Below, piece after piece: positions 28,178 through 39,797 of a stretch of DNA of 64,000 nucleotides (position 1 is the first letter of the stretch; each line of letters begins with the position of its first letter). The notes beneath the pieces are model-generated. The model ran no database searches. It was given only the letters and a program-made list of their open reading frames with translations, and had not been told where the DNA came from. This DNA comes from Kudoa neothunni (lineage: Eukaryota > Animalia > Cnidaria), in contig OZ199838.1 in the NCBI GenBank assembly GCA_964304625.1, positions 6,497,731 through 6,561,730 on the forward strand. Direction: 5' to 3'. The translations under genes were made by a program, and so were the position numbers.

Positions 28178-29780
28178 ATGGCCTACACCACTATTCCACC
28201 TTTAGATGATGTATTTTGTCGATAAAAATTGTTACCATTATTAATTGAAATACAAAGGTGTTAAAAGATTTAAAATCTTTGATATTATCTGCACCAAGAA
28301 ATATCACCGCCAAAGAGCTCTTTCAAGATTACTTCGAAATGACTCAAGTAAAATTGAATCCCAGAAATTACCAATTTAAAAGTGAAGATGATTTTATTGG
28401 GGCATTTCCACAATTTTTTTATGCTGTAAACGTGATAAAAGGTCAAATACATTATGCCGGTATGTGTTGATATGTTTGTGTGCGACTGTCGGTTGACCAT
28501 CTCTCAAAGGTATCTCAAACAATCCTTCTACTAATGCTGTTGCAGAGTTGGTGAATAATCAACGAAACTCTGGAAAAAAGGCGAATATCTGCGTTAATGG
28601 ATCCGTATATTTTAGATTTGAATATTCATTATTGTTGACGAAATAAATGTGTAGAATCTGCAGCGTTCAAATACTTTGAACGCGGGAAACAAATTCGGTC
28701 ACAACATTGAAACTACTCCGGCCAAGTAAATTCAAACTCGCATGATCTGTTACTCATTGTGACTTTGTCGAGCACAGAACTGTTCCAGATTCCTCAAAAC
28801 CTTCATATGCTGATTTTTTTAAGACTCCTCAACCAAAACTTGATCAGCAATCAAATTATGAACCTTCAGTAACAATAAGCATGGGGTCGGATGTGTTGTC
28901 AAAAGCTAAGCTTGGTCGAAGTCAATCTGTGAGAGGTGCTAAAAAGTCTGCCTCACACATCGTCCCTCCGCCGAAATCTACCTGTTTATTCCGTTTGATT
29001 ATCAACGTTATGCTAATTTTGTATTAGATAACGATAATATTCATAAAAATTTCAATAATCTAAACATAAAATCATCGTCAGGTAAGGTGATTTTATGATG
29101 CCTAACTAAATTTTTTTCTAATTCAGCTAAAAACTCAACTCTTAATACGATCAGTTCATTCAATGGAAAAGATTTGAGATCAATAATTGAAGGAAATAAA
29201 TCTTATAATAGTAAGCTTAAAGCTACTACAAATACAGTGCGAACGCCTATTCACACTGTTCCACCTTCTCCTTCAGTTACTCCAAAATGTACTAATGCAG
29301 CTTATAATAATGACAGAAAAAAGAATCATTTTAGCGTTTCGAATTCTCATTCTAGTATGTTTATTACTTCTATCGATTTCACATGTGTATATGTATAGTT
29401 GAGAATATTCCTCCTTCAACTACGTTCAAACAAAATGCCCCTCGACAACAAAAGCAGAGTATTTTTTATATTTAATTACAGTGTAATCTTTGATTGAATA
29501 GCCGATGGTATTGCTGCGGAGAACCGAGAGCTCTACGATTTTGTTCAAGATTTACGTGCCAATGTGAAAAAATGCCTCGAATTGCATCGCGATAGGTTTT
29601 GTTCATTGAGCCAACTACAGGACGACTACATAGAGCTGTTTGGTGAACCTTTTCATCCAGCAGAAAATGCCGAAAAGTGATATCACCAACATTTTCGAAA
29701 CCTATCTCGGAAATGTGTGTATGGTGTTGAACAATATGAAAGGAGTGCTCTATATCAAAGGCTTAGTGGGTGATCAATGA
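28178..29780 (+). CDS. LOTUS protein 2: N-terminal extended LOTUS (TDRD5/TDRD7-type), disordered linker, C-terminal LOTUS; no Tudor domain
   Basis: ATG at 28178, intron 28211-28257. VLKDLKSLILSAPRNITAKELFQDYFEMTQVKLNPRNYQFKSEDDFIGAFPQ...STNAVAELVNNQR resembles the TDRD7 eLOTUS including its C-terminal helix (TETARIAQLVARQR). The last exon LRANVKKCLELHRDRFCSLSQLQDDYIELFGEPFHP[+1 at 29660]QKMPKSDITNIFETYL...* is a second LOTUS. Confidence 0.75.
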
Positions 29781-30155
29781 ATGAAGTCTTAGGCAGCTTT
29801 TTAGTTGAGAAAATGGTATTTGGCAGTACTTTTATTTAAGCGTTTAAGTGCTGTTTATGTTTTCAAATAAGATTAACGAACTTGTAAAAAGTTTTTTTGT
29901 TGTTGGTTTATTTGATTCTATGTGTATTGCTATTTTCTATAAACCGATTTTTATTATCCAACAATAATCCTTGATTTTTGTAATGCATTGTTTGTTTCTT
30001 TGATTTCGACTATTGTAATCTAATAAGCTAATATTTTTTTCATTTATTTCAGTATTATATATTTATTCAATTATTTTCTTTCGTCTTCAATATATCCTTT
30101 TTCCATGAACGATAGCTAAAAAACATTTTCCTATTGTATTTATAATTCTGTAAGC

Positions 30156-31424
30156 TCAACTATTTGATTTTAAAATTATAGCCAATTATTTTCTATTCTA
30201 AAGTAACAAAATCAGTTAAAGATTTATCGTCAATAGTGTAATTTGTCGGTGAGGTTACGTGGGTGCGATTGTATAGTATCACAAAGGAGGGCACATCTAG
30301 GGATTAACTCAATGATGGATGTCATGGAGACGATTGCTAGCATTGAGTTTAAGAATGGCCCAACAATTAATGATGTCTGTTTGTTAAGTATAAATATGTG
30401 ATAATGATTAGTAGTTGGAAAGCGGGTCAAGCGGCGAATTACAGGCTGCATCCAAAGAGAAAGTTCGTGTCTCTTCGTAGAAATTTATTTATCGAAAGAA
30501 CTGCCATAACAAATTCACCATTACAAATATGTGAATAAATTCTAACAAATTATAAGTACAAAGTCTAAAATTTCTATTCTATAACATTAATTTCATATGT
30601 GACCCTCAACGGGCTGCATACAATACAAATAAAATCTCTAAAAGTACACTTCGACTACACCAATTCTCATGTGGTTCAATGTTTAAATCAACCATCAGGT
30701 TCGATGAATTGAATTTACCGAACATACTATCCGAATGTTTACAACTCTTTGACGAACATTTTCAGTTATCACAGTAGTACACACCCACAAAGATGAGTTC
30801 ATCCAAGAAGAATTTCTACCAGTCATCCCCATTGGCCGACAAAGCCACTAAAAACGATCTTACAATGACTGAAGAAGAAGCTGAAGCATTTTACAGCTTT
30901 GAGTTATTGAATTCCCCACAACGACAACTCTGACATAACCACGACGATAAATAAGACCGAATTCAAGGAGAATATGGATTCGATTAGTTTTGTGATAAAG
31001 ATATTTGTTTGGAGGATCCTTCCAGCGATTCCTCATCTCCGCCAAATGGCTTAATTATTGATGAAGAAAGTAACAATGCTTTTTTATCGCTAATTAGAAA
31101 TGCAAGGATGGGTCAAAATTCGAACAAACCTATCTCAAACTATTAGTGTCAACTCCTCTCATTCTCCTAATTTAAAATTTTACCGTGATAAAATAGACAA
31201 TTGTTTTTATGAAAACAAAATGACAGTCCAACAACTCCTAGCCCAATATCAAAAAATCAACAATCAATCTCTATGGAATGCTTCTTTCTGTAGAAGAACC
31301 CAGCAACAAAAACTACGACCAACTACTAATAGACACTCTCAACAATCGTTTTCCTAATATTTACACTTTTGTTACCAGCGACAACGTCTATTATATTTCA
31401 AAATGCGCCTCACCCAAAAATTAG
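30156..31424 (+). CDS. LOTUS protein 3 (up to three LOTUS-like domains), heavily frameshifted in this assembly
   Basis: Three LOTUS-like segments in different frames: HLGINSMMDVMETIASIEFKNG (about 30294-30359); LRLHQFSCGSMFKSTIRFDELNLPNILSECLQLFDEHFQL (about 30650-30770); KMTVQQLLAQYQKINNQSL...YDQLLIDTLNNRFPNIYTFVTSDNVYYISK (about 31217-31424). Acidic/Ser-rich linkers lie between them. Confidence 0.5.
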
Positions 31425-31671
31425 TAATTTATTTGAATGGTGGTCTTATAGATTTCTAACATGAAATACATATTCCAGGTGTACTTTAGATCCACGGTAG
31501 TATCAATCGCTCGAATAGAATGATTTCAAACTACTTTACTCAGTTGTACAAAACACATGTTTTATGTAAAAATCACACTCTTTTTTTTATATTAGTTGTA
31601 ATAGAATATTGTTTTTTTAAACAACAGTGTATATAAAATCTACATCAAATAAAAAGCGTTTTCAACTAAAA

Positions 31672-33950
31672 TCAATTTATGGTGGTAGTGTTAGTATTGA
31701 TGGCAGTGTCATGTCCTTTTTTGTACAAATTTTCAAGCATATCTTCCCATCCGAGCAATTGTGCTAGTTTTTTGCAACCATTGTCACATTCGTCTTTATA
31801 AAAAACATCTTGATATGCCATTTTATTGGTCATCATGATAGTCGTCTGGTGAAGAGGATCTGAGCCGTCTCCACATTCCTTGGAGCCGCTGTTAGACGAA
31901 AGTTGAGGATTAATAGGTTTTACGCAAAATTTCCAAACATCCTTTTTATTGAGTAACAGTCTAGGGGTCCTTCTGGGAATCATTTCCGCCACATTAGAAA
32001 CCGGTCGGACCGTCAGCGATGTTCCCATCACAATTAATAGGTCCACATAGTTATAATCCGCGGTGAGGTATTTTTCGAAAGTTTTTGGTAAGGGCTCCCC
32101 GTAAAAAACAATATCCGTTTAATAACTGACCCACATCTATCACATTTGGAATAGATTTAATCTAATTTGTGTAATAACGGTATCACTGTCAGCTGGGTGT
32201 TTATTTTCAATACAATGGGCATGTTTGAAGGTTCCGTGAGCAAAACAAATGAACTATTTTAGATTATTAGTCATATGTTGACGTTATGTTTAATTTGATT
32301 ACATTTTTCGTCTATTCCAGCCAGTAACTCAAGCCCATCGACGTTTTGAGTGTACACTCGAGTTAAAAGCCCATGAACGGCTAACAACTTTATGAAATAA
32401 TGAGCATATGACGGTCTATAATAGAATTTAAATTAGTTTTTTTAACATAGGCGCTACGAGAACTAAAAATAAACTTTTGATATTAGTCACCCATCAATTT
32501 AACCCTCGAACAACTGAGGGAAAAGGTTACACGAATACCTGGAGGTGGCCACTGTGACCACATGCAAAAATGTATAAAATAATAAAAATCGTTGCACTAA
32601 GGTTAAGAACATAATTATTTACGTTTATTTTTTACTTTTTAAAATATAATAAATTTAATAAAATAAATCAATTCTGCCTGTATACACTTTGAATAACGTG
32701 GAAAATTAGAAATACACTGTTTTATTATTGCTTCATTTTCATATTTTCTTCTTATCATTATTCTAACAACTATGTTTAACTTGCTACTTTTTGTTGATAT
32801 GTAATTTAACAAAATTATTATAATATGCGCGATTCCCATGCCAGATTAAATTCGTTAACAGAATCAAGTTGTTATAAAAACAAAAAAATAAAATTTTAAA
32901 ACAATCGCTCACTTCAAAATGCATTCATAATTTTTATTTTACCGCAGAAAAGCTTTTTATGTATTTTAACTATCAAAACGTTACTATTTATATGGCAGGC
33001 ATATGTATTTTATTCCTTTTTTGATTTTAAAGCGAACAACTTATCTTAAACTTCCATTCCTTAAGTATTCTTAAAAGCATCACTATATTATAAAATAAAC
33101 GTAGGGAAAAAAGAGATAAAAATATTTCGTAAAAGATATTCATATAATAAGCGTTAATTGGCCACCTCCAGGTATTCGAAGGTTAATATTAAATGCCGCA
33201 CGTATCACATTTCTAATCACTGCAATTCCCACTTATAGGGCCTATATTAATATATTTTTTTAATTTAACAATATTATTTATTTCCGACTCAAAATTATAT
33301 TATTAGAGGAACGAAGCAACTAACTTAATCTGATCTATTCGTAACGGGTTAAATTTTATAGGTGACCAAAAGACTGTTCTTCACGGTAATTAAAAATTGT
33401 ACTTTGCCTGTAACACATTCTCAAGGACGGTGCGGGAAAATTCGAAAAATGGCTTGGGATTGTCTTCGAAATAATCAATGCAAAATAAAGCCTCAGGATA
33501 AGGAAGATTATATTCGGCTAGGTTGTGAAAAATTCCCGTTTTTGGTGACCTGAAATCCGGGATTCCGCATGGGGTGGAAATTCCTGCCCCACACAATACC
33601 ACAATCCGTTTGCATTGGCCACTTGCATTATAGTTTGCTATATCCTCCATTGTTTTTAATTTCACTTCCGCAGCTGATGTCAGATAGGGTGTGTTTCAGC
33701 TTATCTACCAAATTGGCCCAACCAACTTTCTATTCAATTCACATTTAACATTAACGATCGGCGCTTTCAATGCCAAATACTTTCTTTTATATCACTGCTA
33801 GATTCTATCTTGTTTTTGTCTTGTTCCATCAAAGTCGTTTTTGCACGGTCGCTAGTAATCTATGGACGACCAAGCGCTCAATAAAACACTAATAACTCGT
33901 CAAGGATCGCTTACATCCGAATTTAGCAATCATTTTTTAGTTTATACTTC
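31672..33950 (-). CDS. SIRT2: Class I NAD-dependent deacetylase sirtuin (SIRT2-like); start uncertain; several single-base deletions
   Basis: Motifs GAGISTPCGIPDFRSP, YPEALFCIDYF..NPKPFF, KPSYAHYF, YTQNVDGLE, AHGTF, (P)DIVFYGE, LIVMGTSLTVRP, PRLLLN. Intron 32416-33402. Stop at 31672. Confidence 0.85.
32503..33182. mobile_element. Non-autonomous piggyBac MITE inside a SIRT2 intron
   Basis: TTAA on both sides (32499-32502, 33183-33186). CC...GG termini. Perfect 20-bp internal inverted repeat cgaatacctggaggtggcca / tggccacctccaggtattcg placed asymmetrically, as in piggyBac ends. Confidence 0.8.
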
Positions 33951-34229
33951 ATTTCTATACCATGGTTGAATAATTTGCACTCTTATTGTGCATATTTTTT
34001 CACGAAAAACCAACATTACTTAGGACTAATACGTTAAAGTTGTAAATTAATGATTTTGTTTTGAATAAAAGCGTTTTATATTTCTTACTCTCATTATTAA
34101 AAGCTTTAAAACATCGAATTGTTTTAAAAATATTAGTTCAATGTTATATTATATTCTGGGTTATGGTGGGTAACACTAAGGATACATCGACTAGTTGTAC
34201 GTGATCATTCTTGTTGGTCACGTGATAAG

Positions 34230-37200
34230 ATGGGAAAGAAACAACACTCCAAGGATCGATTGTATGCTACTAAAATAGTTCTCACGATTAATTAATTCTC
34301 CTGTGTGTAGATTTATCACGACTAAAGAATGGAAAGAAGAGTGGGGCGGGAAAAAATGTAATTGATAAATATTGTTATTCTTCTCTAATTCGCTGTCTAT
34401 CTGCCTATAGCTGGAGATAAAACAAAATTCGCTAGACTTCCGTTTTATTGTTGCTTGTAAGTTGGTTTGATATGTGTACTATACTTCATAATTTGTAGCA
34501 TCTCATTGCTTCCATTTAAAGATCCATATTGTACCAAAGATGGAGCAATTTTTGATATACTGTGATATTTCCCTTTTGATAAATATTTATTAACTTTTAC
34601 ATTAGAAATATTGTTCCATTATTAAAAAATATGGCGTCAATCCTATTGATGGCAAGGTTTTTTATAATGAACTGGTTGTGGTTTGGACATTAAAAGTAGA
34701 AGTTGGCACTCAGAGATCTTGTGAAACTCACATTTTATAAAAAATGAAGGTATTAATATTTCCAGACTCAGTTGCGATGTTATTGCTATTGTAAATTTTA
34801 ATCCTAAACGGCATGAACGCTTTCGTTTAAAGAATTTTTAATCTTAACAACTCTCGCTTAAAAGCTGTATACAGATTTCATTTTTTAAAGTCTGCTATGT
34901 TTAATTTTTTTTCGGTGTCTGAGGGCGAAGCAGCGGGACAAAAATATTAAATATAGCCATAACTAGTGACACTTTATTTCTTACCATGAAAATAACTGCT
35001 TGAGTATTTATTGGCTTACATTGATACAATTAGATTAATAGTTCACGTAATTGTTTTATACTTTTTTAACTTAAGTTTTATTGAATACTAGGTTAGGGAG
35101 TTTTCAAAATAAATTTTCCATTTAGAATATTTGATATTTTTAGTTTTATTACTATTGATATGGTGCAATTTAATCCTATATGAGGAGAGATACGTCTATC
35201 CGGTCTACATTTTTAAACCAATCAATTCCAATTTACAATTTCTGGGCGATACTCGAAGTTAATTTTTCAGAACCTGCAATATTTAATTATTTCTGGCTCC
35301 TAGAAATGTAGCTGTAGTTAAAATAAAAATAAATCTGAATATGATGATCATAAAAGTAGCCAATTTTTTTACTTTGATTGATATCACGTAGAAATTTTTG
35401 GATGGATTTTAAACGCATTATGTGCGTGCATAAGTACTTTCTGCGAAATTTATTTCATATGCTTTTGCTATAGGCTTCTAAAAATTTAAGCTTAAATGTT
35501 ATTTACGTGTGCGATAAGCAATTTTTAATCCATGCAGCTTCCATTTATAGGTTACGGATAAATTTATTTTTCCAGTGCGTTTTAATAAATTGTTTCGTCT
35601 TTACGAGCCTAGTGCTGGGTTACGCATATTTCACAATAATCTAAACTAATTACAGATCACAAGAAATTTAATTTGTACAAAAATTGATCCGGAGTTTAAG
35701 TTGTTTTATTTTTAACTTATGAAGAAGTAGCACGTAAACCTTTTAAAATCACAATAATATTCTCTAACAAAATAAACTCTATTTGAATGAATTATTTGGT
35801 CATTTTCAGTCATTTACAGGGATATATAAAATAGTAAGATAAATCGATTTTATATATTGTATAAAATATTTTTCAATTTGAAAAGAATAATAGGAATCTA
35901 CAACTTTAAAATATAATCTTTATCTTTCCAGGATGATCTCATCATTCTAACGAACCGATAAAAATTCTAATACAATTTGATATAATTTGTTGGGAATTAG
36001 CTGAATAGAATATGATGTTACTTTTTGATTCGTAGGTAATAAAAGGGCATAATAATTTTAGGGTTTGTGCATTTTTGCAAAATAATACATGAACACAATA
36101 CTAATTGAATTGTGGGAAATTAATAAACTATTATTCGTACTTTTCTTAAAGTTTGCACCACTCATACATCAAAATAATTGTGTCCACGTTTTATAATAAT
36201 TTTTACATTTTGTATATGCCCCAAAAGCTTGGAGGAATTTTTTTCTGTGTTAGATTATTTTTATTTAAAAATCCTTAACAAAACAAGTGATAAAAATGTT
36301 TGACTATTGGATTTTTTAACAATTTAAAAAATTAAAATTTTTAATTACCGTATTAAAATTAATTTTTGAATAAAAAACATCCATCAATTAAGATTAGGAT
36401 AATTACTTTGATTTTTTTATAAATTTTCAATCAGATCAATTCCATTGCCCTGTTTTATTCCGCCAATTCACAGAAAACAGCCATATTGTTGCCATTGCGA
36501 CAACCGGAAATGTCTATTCATATGAAGTAATTTTCCTATGGATTCGATTGAGCGGGGTTTGTATTATTTTCTCATATTTACGTAGGCAATCGCGGAATTA
36601 AATATAAAAGCAAATAATTGGAAAGATCTTTTAACAGATCAGCTATTTAAAAAATCGGATATAATAACAATCCAAGTATTTCACATCTATCGTTGTAATG
36701 AGCGTCTGATCATAAATTAGGATCCCAGCAATCTGGATAGATTTAATGTGGTGAATTTTTATCATGTACAGAATAATTTGAGAATTTCAAGTAAATGTTT
36801 CATTTCAAAGGAATACACTCATATAATTTCATGTATTTAGCTGGTGATAGCAACACTTCTGAATCAACTAAGAATTTGAAAAATGTTAATCAAGAGACAA
36901 AATCTATTCTAAATGAATTAGACTCCAGTTATAAAGGAGGACAGATGAGTTTGCAAGAAAAAAATTCAGAGGATACTATCGAGGATGAAATTTATAGAAA
37001 GGATGTACTTGCTGGGATCTTGTGAGTTGTTTAATCAAAATATTAGTCGATTTATTCAACTGGTAAAGTGTCTCAATCATTCACCTCTACTGTAGCCACA
37101 CCCGTAACCCATCAAACGGCTTGTATTTTTTATTGTATCTTTCTTTAATCGAATACAAATATTTAGTATCAATAGACAAAGATTTAGTTCGTTATGAACG

Positions 37201-38263
37201 TGTGAACAAAAAAGGTAACATTTATAATGAATGCGGCTTAATTAGTTTTTACGTGTGTGTATGCTAAGGTTATGTTCAACTGGTTACTAATATGGGAAGT
37301 TTAAACATTGAATTGTATTGTGAATTGGTTCCTAAGACATGCGAAAACTTTCTACTACTTTGCAAACGCAATTACTACAACAATTCAAGTAGATAAATAA
37401 TTAGGGCTAATTTGGTTGATGTGTGTTGTAGAATTTCATCGCCTTATACCCAGTTCAATTGTAAATCTATGAAGTTAATGCATGTTTGATTATTTTCTTT
37501 TTAAAGCTTCAAGGTGGAGATCCAACAGGTAATGGAAAAGGCGGAGAATCCGCATGGGGTGCTCCGTTTAAAGATGAATTCCACAAATCTTTAAAACATT
37601 CCGGTATTTATTTTGGTTGTAGTTGTAAATAGTTACAGTTTTCTATTCCGACCATTAGAACGAGGTATTATCAGTATGGCAAACAGAGGACAAGATACAA
37701 ATAAATCTCAATTGTAAATTACTTACGTTTACATTAAATATTGATGTGAATTTTCGGTTTCAGTTTTATTTGCTTGAAACCAAACGAAAAATTTGATAAT
37801 AAATATGCTGTATTTGGAAAGTAAATTCTCTATTTATCTAGGGTTCTAATTATTTTCAATTGTATTATAGGCTGGTGGGTGGTTTTGATACACTTGATAA
37901 TATTGAATGTGTACCTGTTGATGATTCAAACAGGCCTGAAGTATTTAAGCAATTTCAGTTAAATCCCATTAATCTATTCTGTAGAAAGATATCACTATAA
38001 TTTTCAACTAAAGTATTCGTGGACCCTTTTGAAGAAGTTGATAGATTGTTACGCGAGGAATATGCCAAAAGGACCGCCAATTCTATTGATACATCCTCCA
38101 AAAATAAAACCTATAAGAGAACTTCCAAGTTTACTGACAGTACAGTTGGGATTTACATGCAGTAATTTGTGCTAATCTTATTGTCGATATTTTTGTGCAT
38201 TTTAGAAATAAAACCACAAGCAAGTCCAAAAAACCAAAATTTGGCGATTTTAATAAATGGTAA
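34230..38263 (+). CDS. PPIL2: U-box/cyclophilin protein PPIL2 (Cyp60), many short exons
   Basis: [18 protein letters not shown]; RLPFYCC; [11 protein letters not shown]; KYGVNPIDG; [29 protein letters not shown]; WKDLLTD; [13 protein letters not shown]; cyclophilin [37 protein letters not shown]; C-terminus FGDFNKW* (38261-38263). Confidence 0.92.
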
Positions 38264-38560
38264 TAATTGAGTATGTAAATGAGGAGTTGTTTGTTTTATT
38301 AGTTGAAATAGAACAATGTTTTTACATTTAAAATGCGTTTGTTTCAGCATTTATCTTCTTGTTTAATATTTGGTCAAAATGTCGTTGGTATATGTATTTG
38401 TTGGGATAGTATATTCAGATTAGCTCATAAACGTTAACCAAAGGCTCACTTTTAGTAAGTCGAGTCATTAATTTAGATTACTTTCTTATTCTACTAAAAA
38501 ATATATCAATCTTTTTAAATTGATGCGTTTGGCTCATTCTGATATTTTTATTTGCTCAAA

Positions 38561-39289
38561 AGTATACACTGGGTGACGTGCGGTTCATAATTTGAGAAAA
38601 TGCTACATAATTAACGCTCACATAAGATTATAATAAATTATTTATTTATCGAATTACTTAAGACCATTTATTTGACCATTAGGAATATAAATAAAATATT
38701 TTTAAATTAATTAATTATATTTTTTACAAGTTATTTTGTAGTGTCGTAGTTCGTAACTTTTCAGGCGAGTTGAGATCTTAATTTTCGATTGGTGGCGAAA
38801 TGTGGGACAGAAATAAAAATTTAGTTGGACTATTAAAGAGAAATACGAAATAATAAAGTTTTCTCCAGACCAGCGAAGGCATGAGGTTGAACAATATTGA
38901 AAACGATGTCAACATTAGTGATTTTATAAGTGATTGAAACTGTCACCGAGATGATAAGTTTCATAAATTTGAAGAGAGAGAACGAAAAATTATTCCGTTC
39001 AAAATTGCCTCTCTCATTTGTCTGCTTTAAGGCATTATTTGAAATATCACGGTTCAAATAATTATAGACATCCATCGGATATTGAGCGAGAAGTACACAA
39101 TATAATTGTTAGATGACTTGAAAAAAATTGCCATAACCGAGTAATTTATCTTTATAGCATGTTTCCTCTCTAGTTAGTACCGCGCGTGCAATCTTAGAAA
39201 CCACGAACTACACTTCAAATTGTACGTGTGTTTCGTAATTTTTCCCTAATCCCAAGAGGATTACGAATCACCTGTCACCCATTGTAACA
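38561..39289 (-). mobile_element. Ginger-like (gypsy-integrase-type DNA transposon) remnant
   Basis: About 27-bp imperfect TIRs (taca.tgggtgac...ttc.taat), right end ...ACA. Internal ORF 38833-39075 (DVYNYLNRD...ERGNFERNNFSF...PHAFAGLEKTL) resembles the N-terminus/zinc-binding region of GIN/Ginger integrases. Confidence 0.45.
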
Positions 39290-39797
39290 AATTTTCAACA
39301 AATTCGACTCGTTAGTATTAGAGATTAATTCCCTGTGAAATTGAAATAGCCACAGACAAAAATTTACCATCCAGCTAACCCGCTCAGGATAAAAATCCTC
39401 CGAAAATATAGACAGGTAAAATTAATCGTTAAATTTCTATTTTGTCCAAATACTAAAAAATATCACTACAAGCACAAAAAAATTTAAACCAAAGATGTTA
39501 AAGTTCAAAAATTAGAGACACATTTGGCTCACAATAAGACAAAAAAATAAGACAATTTGGTCACCGGAAAAATCAATTAACAACAATAATGTACAGATTA
39601 AAGATTAAATGGTGAAGGAATTGTTAACATTTAATAATCATGCGTGATTCCAAAAAGAAAACAATTTTGGTCAATGATATAAGATTACCTACGACAAACT
39701 AAAATGTCTAATAAAAAATGACAGATATCATTTTACAAATATATTAACACGATTTCAACATTGTATTTGAAAATGGTTGGGTAAACGCTAGACGCAC

